Origin: Trichoplax adhaerens
Lineage: Eukaryota; Animalia; Placozoa
Assembly: GCF_000150275.1 (NCBI RefSeq)
Contig: NW_002060944.1
Location: 8,074,735-8,138,734, forward strand
Length of the DNA stretch: 64,000 nt
Reading direction: 5' to 3'
The position numbers and the translations under genes were made by a program. Each line of letters starts with the position of its first letter. Within the stretch, counting starts at the first letter, position 1. Below the pieces are notes generated by a model. It saw nothing but the letters and a program-made list of their open reading frames with translations. It was not told where the DNA came from and ran no database searches. This document shows positions 1 to 12,007 of this stretch, in pieces.

Positions 1-364
1 ACGGCTGTGCACTGAAGTATACTACATTAGCCTGTCATGGATCAACGCGTGCTACCCATGCAAGAACACAGGTGACGATTCTTTTTCTATGCAAACGACT
101 GACATCCAACTACTACATGATACAGTATACAGTGCCAAAAATTTTGAACCGGCCGATCCTCTCTGTCCGGCTATCCGGTTACCCCCCATTCATTTTACCG
201 ACTTGATGTGCTTGGTGTGCGCATCCTCCTTAAGCACTCCCGCCAGATTTCAAGTCAAAAAACAGGATCCTCGACAACATTTTGCCTCAGAGTTAATCCA
301 TCCAAAACATTCAAAAAGAACTGCTGAAATTAGCTGCGACTAACCCTGGTAGAAATCGAACAAG

Positions 365-2798
365 ATGACTTTGCTAGATGATTGCCAAGAGCACTTTGCT
401 TCTCGCGATCTTTATCAAATAATTGGTGTGGATAAATCGGCAAGTTCATCGGAAGTTAAACGAGCTTACTACAAGTTATCATTGAAAGTCCATCCAGATC
501 GTGTTGATGAGGTACGGTAAGAATTCGCCGTCCTTCATGTCGATAATAATTACGTAACTATCGTTAATTAGCTATGCCATCATTCTACAGTTCTACAAAC
601 AGGGTTATCTGCAGTATAAAATGAGTAGTATTGCGGTATTTGTCGCTCTATGCTGTATGAATACTTCTCGATAGGACATTGGTCAATCAACATGATCTAC
701 AGTACGCGTACGAGTATATAAATAATAATAATATACAGTATAATTAATCTAAAATAAGATTTAGATAAAGTTCGCGTGCAATGCTGCAACCTAGAGGACT
801 CATTTAGCAGCCTTATTCACTGGTCCACTCAGTGCATTTTTACAGACCAGTTATTTAAATCAGTCTAACCGGAAAGCGTTTTGTTAAATAACAATAAATA
901 TGATAATGTTAGTGTCTTGATGATATGTACTACTTTCCCCTGAAGTAAATTAGAAAGCAGGGGCAAGAAATAAAATTGCCTCTTATAGTACGTTATTACG
1001 TGACTTATAAATACGTTAATTCAGTCACTATTAGGTATATTGTTAAAGGTAGCCTAGCGGTAGCTATAATTCAACCTAGCGTACTCATAGTAACAAATTC
1101 ACATACAGTTTTTGCCGTACTGCAGGTTGGTTAGCCTTGAATGTCGATGCATTGCTTTGCATATTCTTGATATTGCAGTATAGGTAGTGTACATATTTTA
1201 ACGGAATTCGCAGTCATCAAAATAAATAAAGACATTGAACTGGAAAGTGATAAACAGCAAGAATTAGGATGTTTTTATCTTCTACTATTCCAAGATGCTA
1301 TATCCACTAAATCAAACTATTTATACTACTTTTACTTACAGTACAGTATACCATCAACAAGACCGGAAATAGCTCAATACTTGACTTCTGAATACATTAA
1401 TATAATCATTTTTAGATTTCCTGACAAAAAGTAGACTAGTGCTGGAGTAGCCATTATTTAAGATTAGAATTACGAGATTCTTATGCTATATCAAGCTTAA
1501 GCCAAATTTCCTTAGAAGCACACTCATCGCGTACTAGTGGCATAACACGCGGTCGTATTTTATTATAGTAGCTGCAGTAGACGCAGGGAAATACTCTTTC
1601 AATTTATTGTACACAAGAAGATATAAAAAGGGGTTTGAATAGGGTACATTTACAATTGAATGTAGGGAGAGCGAGAAAGTAGCACCAAGAAATTTCAAGT
1701 ATTAGGTCGGATACACAGTGTATTATCAAACTCTGACGCTAGAGCTCTTTATGATGAATCCGGTGAAATTCTCGATGAAGATCTACCTGAAGCGCAGCAA
1801 GATCGTGACTGGAGCCAGTACTGGCGATTACTATTTCCAAAAATTACTTTAAAAGATATTCAAGAATTCGAAACGAAGTATAGAAGTATGCTTGCTTGTT
1901 ATAATTTTGTAGAAATTTCACCTCTAATGCTCATCTTCGTGTACACGTGCAAGGAGCTCTGCATCGATTGTCAGTAATTTGTTAAACTTAAACTAAATGA
2001 TACATAATTATTCTGAATAACTTAAACTACAACACTGTAAATTGCAATGCTGTACTTAAGAATCAGCTACTGATGTCTATTAACGAATTGAAGATCTTAC
2101 ACAAACCTAACTTATATTTTAGCGTCCATAAATGACGCAAAGTTAAATCGTTTTCAGCGTAGAACGTACGTATACGAATATACTGTGCACGCAAGAATAA
2201 TCTCAAAATTTTACACCTATTATTTATTACTGGAGGTTCAGCTTAATAATAAAATACATCTTCGTTGATATGTTTCCAGATTCTGCTGAAGAAAAGAATG
2301 ATTTGATTGGATACTATGTACAGCTCGAAGGAGATATGGAGACGATCATGGAAAATATGATGTGTTCTCGAATCGAAGATGAGAATCGCTACTACAAAAT
2401 TCTCAATCCACTTATTGAAAGTGGTGAACTTCCAGAGTTTAAATCCTTTCAACGTGATTCAAAAAAACGAAAGAAAAGGAAGAAAAATGTAATTCCCTCC
2501 TATTCTTCATTGTACCTTAACGGATTATAACATAGACTGGAGACATGGTGCACTAAATTAATTATTGTTTATAACATAGTCAGAACTTAATATGTTTGTA
2601 TTATCAATTACACAGGCTGAGAAAGAAGCAAGAGAAGCGACAAAATTAAAGCAGGAATTAGGCATTAATGAAAGTAACGATTTAACCTCAATGATTCTAA
2701 AAAGACAGGAAAATAGGATGCGACAATCTGAGAACTTTCTTGCATCGTTAGAAGCAAAATATGCTAACAGCTCCAAAAAGGGTAAAAAGAGAAAATAG
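365..2798 (+). CDS. DNAJC9: DnaJ homolog subfamily C member 9, 252 aa; exons 365-511, 1666-1885, 2280-2488, 2616-2798
   Basis: Manual splicing at GT-AG junctions gives an open frame: [22 protein letters not shown]...[12 protein letters not shown] (J-domain HPD), [53 protein letters not shown]-like segment, C-terminal FLASLEAKY plus basic tail. These are all DNAJC9 hallmarks. Confidence 0.93.
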
Positions 2799-3747
2799 TT
2801 CTCTGAAATTTTGAATATTTGAAATTTTTTCGTTTCTGTAATGATTTAAAATAGTGTACGATGCCCATTTCAAATGAAATGTAAATCACCATCAAATATT
2901 CTGTTAGCTATTGGATAAGGTATACTACCTAACATATCAGGATACCCTTTAATATATACGTATGTACGAACTCGTATAGCAAATCATTGAGGAAAGTGTA
3001 GGTTTATTTTTAATTCTTGAAATTTGTAGTTAATATCTTGTTGCTGTTGACAATTTTCTGACTGTTATCGTAAAACCGAACAGACTTTGCGTGTATGAAT
3101 TCAGGCTAACATAATTAGCTCTGTGAACTAGAGTCATGCATATGCTAATTACATCAGGTCTATATCTGTGAAATATGCATAGTATTTATTTAAAATCGTT
3201 GTAAATTTAAATTAAATTTAATAAATAAATTTGCATTGATTTCGAATAAGTTAAAATATGATAATCCGAAAGAAAACGGAGGCAGTTGTATTGCTATTCT
3301 TATTTATCAGTGAGATATACATAGAAATATTCTTATCAAGCTTAAAATAGAAAGATCACCTGATCAGGTATAGAAATGAAGATGCTATAACACACAAAAG
3401 ATGCCATAACAACGTGCATATGTTGATAAATCATTCAAGCAAGTTACCTATATTTAAGAACTAAAAATAATACCATACAGTTTTAGACATCACCGGAGGA
3501 TGTCAAGTTGTCATACACGGTTGCTACTACGAGCATATAAACTTAATTATATTATGTAGCTCACTTGTGACGTTAAAGAAGCAAATTTAAATTTAGTGTG
3601 TGCGACACTCTGCCGTGAATATTTGCAGATAAAATTGCCATCGTAGCTAATATATAAATTGTCAATAACAATTACATAATATAGTTCTATTCATAATTTC
3701 GTGCTATAAAATAGTCGTTCCATAATTTGCAAGAAATATCCAATAGG

Positions 3748-6700
3748 TCAGTCTTCCGTGCCTTCTATAAGTGTATCATGGTCATAATCACTGTTGGTGA
3801 AAATTCGAATTGTATTCGTCACGATGGGGGTAATCTTGATCAAACCTTTGAGCATGCCACCACCGCGGTACCTAACATTTCTATATAAAAAAGTTAAAGT
3901 CCATTGTTATACTATGTCATCAAAACATAGTATGCTACGCATAGCTATAATTCTTTATCACACGTCTAATCAAAAGACGGCTACAGGCAATATTGCCTAT
4001 CTGGAACATATGTATCATTACTAACCCTGGTTGATTCGATATTGGACCGGCATCGTGAGCAGCTGGAAGAGTACGTCGTGGTTGCTTCGATTTTTTGTTG
4101 GAATTTTGAATTAAACTTAATATTAGTCGATATAACACGATAAATGGAGTTAACAGCCACCACAAAAAATCTCTTAAATCATCCTTCCATGACGCTTGCT
4201 CATACTCTTCCGAACTTCCCTACAACCCAAATCATTGCATATATTGAATGAATAAATGGTAATCACATAACAGTTTGTTCAAGGTTGCTTAAGACGCTTT
4301 AATCTCACTAGATGATCATTACCGGTAACACCATCAAGACAGCGCTAGGAACTAGATGCAACGATTCTAATGATTCCAAATAATAATCGTCAGTGAGTTG
4401 TTTTCGAGGATGTAGAGTAGCCAAAGTAAAGGGTCCAAAGTCTGGTCCAACATACTAAGTGAGTGAAACAAATACCACTATAATTTAACACAATACTTTG
4501 AAACAATTAACACACACACTCTATTATTCCTTTCTCTTATTGTAGTTACATTGTACCTGTGCAACATGTGCAACGACATCCTCAAGCAACTCGTGGGAGT
4601 GAAATTCTCGATTCATTGAAGATCCATCCGGAAATCTAAACTGTATTTTACAGGTCTCATTGGTGTGATCTTCAGTCGTAAAGCCACCGGTATCTACCAT
4701 TGGCATATTAGCCGCTTCTTCTTCAGCTTTTTGTCTTTCCATCAACATTCTACGCTTTTCTTCAGCAGCTTCTCTTTCTCGCTTTATTTTTTGGTCAACC
4801 GGTTGCTTTATTTCCATATGCAATGTAAAAGTAAATTTAGTTATATCTTTGCCATATTGTGAATTTTAACTATAAGCACTATTAATTGCATTTCAATATA
4901 AGTCGTTGTTATTTAAAATATTGCAATACCTCTGGTTTACTGGCCGGCTTGCGTCTAAAATAAAAAGTTGATCAAGTTATATAAATTACTTACAATTTAA
5001 AAAAGCAATTAAAGATGCAACTCCCAAGTATTTTTTATTAAAAGAATGGATACGCGAGTATAATACACTTGGACTATATTTCGAAAACTGAGTAAGCGTA
5101 TGGTATTATAAAATTTCATTAAAACATTTATAATATTGCCTTCATTTTGTATAGCTACATATTGTAAATGTATATTTTCTATAGGCATAATTATTGCAAC
5201 TACATCCTAACTCACACATAATCTGTTCCAGCAAAGATTTAAAGATGGATATTATTATACTTTAGCTTTTTTCTGTATATGCGAACTTTAAATGTATTGA
5301 GGCCATACTAGGTCAAAGGTAAGTTTACTACGTATATTGTGATTTCCACTCAAATGTACGTTAAAGGAATAATATGTATTAAAATACACTCTAATTATGC
5401 ACAAAAGAAACATTAATGATCCTACGACAAAGAAAAAAGTTACAGTAACCATCTTACCCTAAACCGAAGAAGCCGGCTTGTGCAGCTGGCGGAGGTTCTT
5501 CGTATTTAGTCTGATTATATCCTGCAGGCTGATTTACTGATCCACCAGCAGCCTCAATTGATGCTAAGTGTTGTTGATGAACCTAACGATATTAAAGTGG
5601 CACTTTTGCATGAAGCTTTCAATTTTCAAAAAAGCCTTATCATCAGTTGGCTTAAAAGTGTTGCTTACAATTATATTAATTCCATAATCAATAGCAATGA
5701 TACTTACTTGGATGGCTTCATTAGCTCTAACTAAAAATTGGCTTGGCTGGATATTTCCAGCTAAAATTTCAATTGGCATTCCATTTTGACCTACGAAGTA
5801 TGTAGATGGTACGTGCAAAACGGGATCTGATATATGCAAACAACTTAAATTAAGGATAAATAGCTCAGATAATCGCTTATATGTACAATTAATGGATTTA
5901 ATACAAGGACTAAACAATTTTTATTGTCGTATAAAAGGGTTTGCACTAACGTTTAATCTAATATTAAGATGGATGATAAGAATGAAATCAGTCAGCCGCC
6001 TAGATAGTTAATTTAATTATGTGATATGCCAGGGTATTTCTAAAGGGAAGCTTTAAAGCGTAAAATATACAAATAAAAATTTCTTTTACCAAAATCTGAA
6101 GGTTTAATCAAAATAATAGGAGCTTTAATAAAGTTATAGAAAATTAAAATATTTTTACCCTTTCGTAAAATATCCTTCTCAAGTTACAATTACTGTTAAT
6201 TTTAGAATGATTTTGGTGTGTTACTATACACGGTACAGTAATCACTTTAAATACGAACGCGGATTCAGTCGCGATATTGTTTAATTAGTCAGTTTGATAA
6301 AAGTATTGATTTGCTTACAAGATATAAAATCCTGACTAGTTATAAAAAATACATTTTTAAATCTCAGGGTCATGCCACGAAACAGACACTTCGAAGTTGA
6401 AAGTCTCGTGATTTTTAATAAACCGAATAGTATCAAAAATCCTACTGTACTTACTGTAGGATTATCGTTTTAATCTTGAAGACAAGAAAGAAAAGGATAC
6501 ATATTTGGCTGAATTGCTTTCCTTCTTTGCTGAAAGTTATAAAAAGAACGAATTTAACACGAATTATACGATTTAAAGGGTGGCAAATCCTGGCAATACT
6601 CATATTTCAAACGTTTTGATATACAGTAGAGTAATTAACCGCGAGTTTTATACTCAAGAATGAATTGATTACATTTCAATCAAGCTGATCAGCAATATTC

Positions 6701-8045
6701 ATTACCTGTTGACATCAAATCGGCATGAAACGAAGTGCTCTTTCGACAACATTTGTACCTAATAGGTTAGAAAAGTCAGTATCAGAGCTAAATCTTTATG
6801 TTGAGTATTGCATAAACTCGTACTACATCATAACATACTATACTATACAATTTCTTATATACTGTATAAGAGTATGGTCATTATCTTAGTACAGTAGAAT
6901 AAAAGTATTATGATAGTATTGTATTTACATCTTCTTCTTCCCATGTTTTCTCCATTTCCTTTGAAGCTTGGTTTGACCCTAAATGAATCAATAAAAGTAA
7001 TGATGATCTATCGATGTAGGTCCATTTATGTACTATGCAAAGTTTCAATCTTTCATGCAAACGCCTATTTCTACTCATTCTAAAGTATTATAATGATGAG
7101 GAATGAAAATGTATAGCTGTATAAATAAGCTTCTTAACGATATTCTCTGTAGGTAGAATTTGAGATTCAACTTCATCTTGCTTATGGCTAATTATTGTAA
7201 CCATAATGGAATACACTGCCGGCTTTGATGGCAAAAGTACGTACAGTACAAAAAGTACGATCATTTACTATGCGTAGTCAAGAGTATGATTCATCATCAT
7301 TTACTTTTAAGTAGACGCAAAAATTGTATCTATATCAACATTGTTCAATTTACGGTATATTTACTGTGTAGTCTACTCCTCTGATACTGGTTCACAGCAA
7401 AGCATACGATATTATCCGCTTTTTAATAGCGTCTAAAATAGCAAAAATTAACAGCATAAAGTTACAAGCCACTAGGGTAGAAGTTTTACTGCAATATTGA
7501 TCTATGCATGAATAATTTTCCTCCATCATTTGTATGTATATCCGTCACATTCAAGCTCTACGCCTTCCTCTACTCAACTTGTTTGATACGATTAGCAACT
7601 GATTTATAGTAAAGTGTAAATCAGGCGCGGCAATTGGCGTCTACAATAGTAGCCATTAGCGGCAGGCAAGCATAAGCATTAAAAAATTATTATTATCACA
7701 TTAAACGATGCATGAACAATTTTTCTCCATCATTTGCATCTGTATCTACATGGTTCCATTTTTTTATGCCTCTGTTTACAGTATAGTCTATTTCTGTGAT
7801 ACAATTTGCAATTAATTTCCAGTAAAGTATGAATCATGAGCGTCATTAGTGTCTAACATAGTCGAAATTGAGTTAGCAAGACGAAGAGCATTTGTCAAAT
7901 TTTAATTCAACATCGATCGATGGCAAGGGAAATTTTTCCCCTACTATCGCACTAAAATCATCTTACCATGCATGTAGATCATAAAGATATATCGCTTCAT
8001 TTTAGCATAAGCGACTGCTTGAGAAATTGTTCCAGTATACCACAT
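3748..8045 (-). CDS. UBXN4: UBX domain-containing protein 4 (erasin-like); exons 8045-7967, 6978-6929, 6778-6706, 6529-6501, 5826-5708, 5582-5458, 4954-4930, 4805-4557, 4454-4323, 4219-4026, last exon ~3880-3748 (uncertain)
   Basis: N-terminus MWYTGTISQAVAYAK and QFSQIYPVLHVPSTYFVGQNGMPIEI (UAS/thioredoxin-like domain), coiled coil (KREREAAEEKRR), UBX domain (CKIQFRFPDGS...F...L..HPRK...L.LVPSAVLMVLP), then hydrophobic hairpin (FLWWLLTPFIVLYRLIL). Exon phases are compatible through 4026. Confidence 0.85.
7504..7880. repeat. Diverged tandem duplication, ~204-bp unit x2, in UBXN4 intron 1
   Basis: atgcatgaataattttcctccatcatttg at 7504 recurs as atgcatgaacaatttttctccatcatttg at 7708, with colinear similarity downstream. 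Confidence 0.7.
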
Positions 8046-8772
8046 TTTAACCGCAATAATGATATGAAATAGATGGAAAAAAGACGAGCAAGATTGCAAC
8101 CGTATGGTTCCTAAGCGATGCAAGATCGATTTGGCCAAGATAGAAACTGAAACGATCCCAACTAGGCATCGTCTACAGTATATATAGTACAGTACAAGAC
8201 AGGAAAGATCCTGACGACAATGTACTGTACACTGTACATTATTACTATTATTGGATTTTCTTAATACCTGTCTGTATATTGTATTTGCTACTCTTGTTTG
8301 CTACACTATATAGTATACAGTATGGTCGTCGTTGAGTGCTATTTCGGCTGGTTACAATCATCATCGTCAAGCCCAACTTGCAGTATGATTCTACTCCACT
8401 GGACAAAAATTAATACGGTACATATATTACAAGGGTACTATCTGAGTATCAACCCAATAATGCATCTTGCAAGATTGACTGCAGCAGACTGTCGATGCAT
8501 GACTCATACATCGCTCAATCACCCATACAGTCCATCATGAACAAGATGAGCACCATATCTAGATGGAGAGGGACGCCAATTTGCTAGCTCAATTCCTCTA
8601 CCATCATCGAAGATCGTCAACGAGAATTGCTATCCATGAGATCAGTAAAGTCCTCATCAGTTCACGATAGCTCTATGGATAAACGATCGAGAGGATGCAA
8701 TCTGTATGCAGTATGAAATGGAAATTAATTCATCATTTGACTATCGAATGATGGGTGGGGAGATGGTATTTG

Positions 8773-9260
8773 ATTCCTCCTGCAAATGGCCGAATAATAA
8801 TTATTAATTAGTAGAAGTGAATAACAAGAACGGCTAAGGATGAGATCGTTAAAAGGTCCATATCTATTAGGGCCGTGGGCATGATGGGGGATTGTATTCA
8901 ATTCCTCCTGCAAATGGCCGAATAATAATTAATTAATAGAAGTGAACTACAAGAACAGCTAAGGATGAGATCGTTAAAAGGTCCCTACCTATTAGGGCCG
9001 TAGGCATAATGAGGGATTGTATTCAATTCCTCATGCAAATGGCCGAATAATAATTAATTAATAGAAGTGAACTACAAGAACAGCTAAGGATGAGATCGTT
9101 AAAAGGTCCCCTATCTATTAGGGCCGTGGGCATGATGGGGGATTGTATTGAATTCCTCCTGCAAATGGCCAAATAATAATTAATGAATAGAAGCGAACAA
9201 CAAGAACAGCTACGGATGAGATCGTTAAAAGGTCCCCTATCTATTAGGGCCGTAGGCATG
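8773..9260. repeat. Minisatellite, ~126-bp unit x ~4, high identity
   Basis: Unit attcctcctgcaaatggccgaataataatt...ggatgagatcgttaaaaggtcc...ctattagggccgt starts at ~8773, 8901, 9026 and 9152. Confidence 0.95.
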
Positions 9261-10283
9261 GCTTGATATGAAATTAGAGATGCAATCTCTTGCAAAATGT
9301 GCAATTTATTAGCAGCATGAAATAGGAATCGATCAATAGCTTTATCGCCTGGCGGTAATTGAATGCTTATAATATTGACAAAAAAAGTAGCCAACAACTA
9401 CTAAAGCTGAGATTGCAAAAACCCACTGTCAGATACGCCTGCTATAAAATTAGATCAACACTACCTACAAAAGTATGCAATCGATTGACAGTAGGAATTA
9501 GCAATCGATCGATGATTCTATTTTCAAATGGCAATAGTTAGTCCAACCCCTCTCCTGCATAGGATGCTATCATGACAAAGCAGATGCTTGTCTTGGGCGT
9601 TGATCATTCCTACCTAAATAGGTAGCTGTGAGTCATTGCATACTCTCCCTACTCACTTAGAGAATGATGGCTAAGAGCACAGGAACTAGCTGGTAGAAAG
9701 GTGTGACGGAATCGTAGGCTGTTCAATCCATCAGCCCTGTAATGATTCAATGAAACACCATTCTATTGATTTCTACACTTTGTGATTTGCCTTAATTAAG
9801 AGACTGGACCATATGTTCACCATGACGTGTTGTCATGAATAATCATATTGCTACGGTCATGGTAAAACTAAATGATGACATGAGCTATTTTTAGTCCTGT
9901 AAATGATTCTAAAAACTCTGAGCTGAAATAAACACTGCAACTTCTCATTTGTTAACACTGTGACAATAAGTAGAGATAGCAAGAGACTACCGTGACACTA
10001 GGTGATATTTTCCATCAAAGCCTATCAATAGATCAATCTTTAAAATAATGCAAGTAAGCCAGTGATTCAGAATGCTGCACTAAATATTGAGATTTTAGCT
10101 TAACGAACGCGTTACTCAAGCAAAAAATAGCTTAATCCATCACAAAGTAAAGCGTCATGATTAATAGCTTAAAATGAATATGGCCAATTGGTCATGTATA
10201 CTACTAATAATTATAATCTAATGGACAGCGTCCTTATTCATCAATTTCCATTACTTGCATTTCATTCGTGATTAGACAGATTG

Positions 10284-10459
10284 CACCATATGACTTCTTA
10301 GCGTTGCTATGGCTTATAATCATGTACTAGCCAGAATTATATGAATAGAAGTTGTAACTATCTTCGATATTCACCATATGACTTCTCAGCCCTACTGTAG
10401 CTTATAACCGTATAGTAGACGTTATTACATGAACAAAAGTTATAATTTCATTCGATATT
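10284..10459. repeat. Tandem duplication, 88-bp unit x2
   Basis: caccatatgacttct...ttcgatatt at 10284 and 10372. Confidence 0.75.
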
Positions 10460-12007
10460 GTCCGCTTACTGTACAATTACTGGGCAGCTACTTGACTAAC
10501 TAATGATCTCAAAAAGTAGGTCAACACCAAAGACACTTAACTAGAACGAATCAGAAATACATATTTTTAAATTCCATATTTAAAATATAGATTAAGTAAA
10601 TGAGAAATTTCTATAGCAAAGCTCCTCCGTTCGCAAGATTTCCTATATAGTTGTTATCAGTTTAAAAAATAATAATTATAATCTGTTACTGCGGAATTGC
10701 AGAAATATCAACATAAAGAGAATACGCGATCATATATTAAGCAATAGTACCCTCATGAAATAGTAAGTAAAATTGCATATTTCGCTACTGTAACAAAAAA
10801 AACGTAGCTTGCCATAAATAAATTTTATGAATAGGTTAAAATTTTTAAAGCTAACTAACTGTTGCTAATATCTATTCTAGAACAGAGACATATACAGGGG
10901 CATTCTATATGAAATCTTGCGCTATTGTAAATGTCTTATCCTGTTAAATTTTCGATTTGTTAGACTGATTCCTATCTGTAGAGCTTACCGCTTCGCTAAT
11001 AATTATATTATTACATTTTAGAGTATACTCTAGCAAAATGTAGTATATAAATAGTTCAAGATATAAATAGATCATTCTAAACGGATTTTATGCTTTAATT
11101 ATTTTACTATATTATTCAGGATTTAACTCGTAAACTATTGCTTCTGATCATAATATACTGATACTATCCTTACAAAACTGTTGCAATGAATATATGTTAT
11201 ATAGAAAATGTACTATAATAAAAGATTACTCCGGAATGATTCAGCATAATGTTACCATTGAGTAAATTAGTGTACAATAACTGTACTACTTTGTATCATC
11301 TTATGATTTATGCGATATAATTGATCTTAACATATTGAGCTGTAACACTTCAGTATGCTTAGTAGTACATCATCTACAATATTTTACTTTACTGGTTAAT
11401 TCGATCATACTACCAGTAGCTATTAAATTTTGATTTTCACTATTCAAATCTTGCCATCCTAAAGAAGCAATGGTGTGTGATTACATAAGCATATATTTTA
11501 CTATCAGATAGAAATAAGCTATTGTTATGATGATTCTAATTAGAACCCATGATTAAGTTGTTATTGTCATCAAGTGATAATAAAATGTTTGCTCTCATTC
11601 AGAATGTTTGATATAGACTATTGTTCAAGTTGACATCAGCAACAGGAAACATCTACGTCAGTTGAGATTGATTCAGGCCTAATTAATTTCTATAATAAAA
11701 AGGGTGTCTAATTTATCCTAACCTACTTGCTTTTCTAACTAGATTAGCCATAGTAAAGAGCGTGCGCTTTTCCAAAAATTACTATCATAGCTGTAGTAGG
11801 TTAGAAGTTGATCTTACTTAGCTAGACGATTGCTGGCATTTCCTACCATTATTTTCCTCATTGATGTATCAGATCGTATCTTATTGAAAAGAAGGAGTTA
11901 TATTACAACGATTATTGAACCTGCCTACCGGACAGAATAACTCGATCTTAGATTAACTATCACTACTTTGTTCATTTTAGCTGACTGATATTTTCCTATC
12001 TATCATC

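Noticed and set aside
89-343. 84-aa ORF upstream of DNAJC9, and similar short antisense or intron-spanning ORFs elsewhere
   Set aside because: No recognisable domains. Most overlap real exons on the opposite strand or are chance ORFs.
8298-8720. Possible small gene upstream of UBXN4
   Set aside because: Short ORFs with no recognisable homology or convincing splice structure.
8773-9260. Regularly spaced repeats as a CRISPR array, and the 124-aa ORF at 9023-9397
   Set aside because: Units are contiguous with no unique spacers, the context is eukaryotic with no cas genes, and the ORF is a by-product of the repeat.
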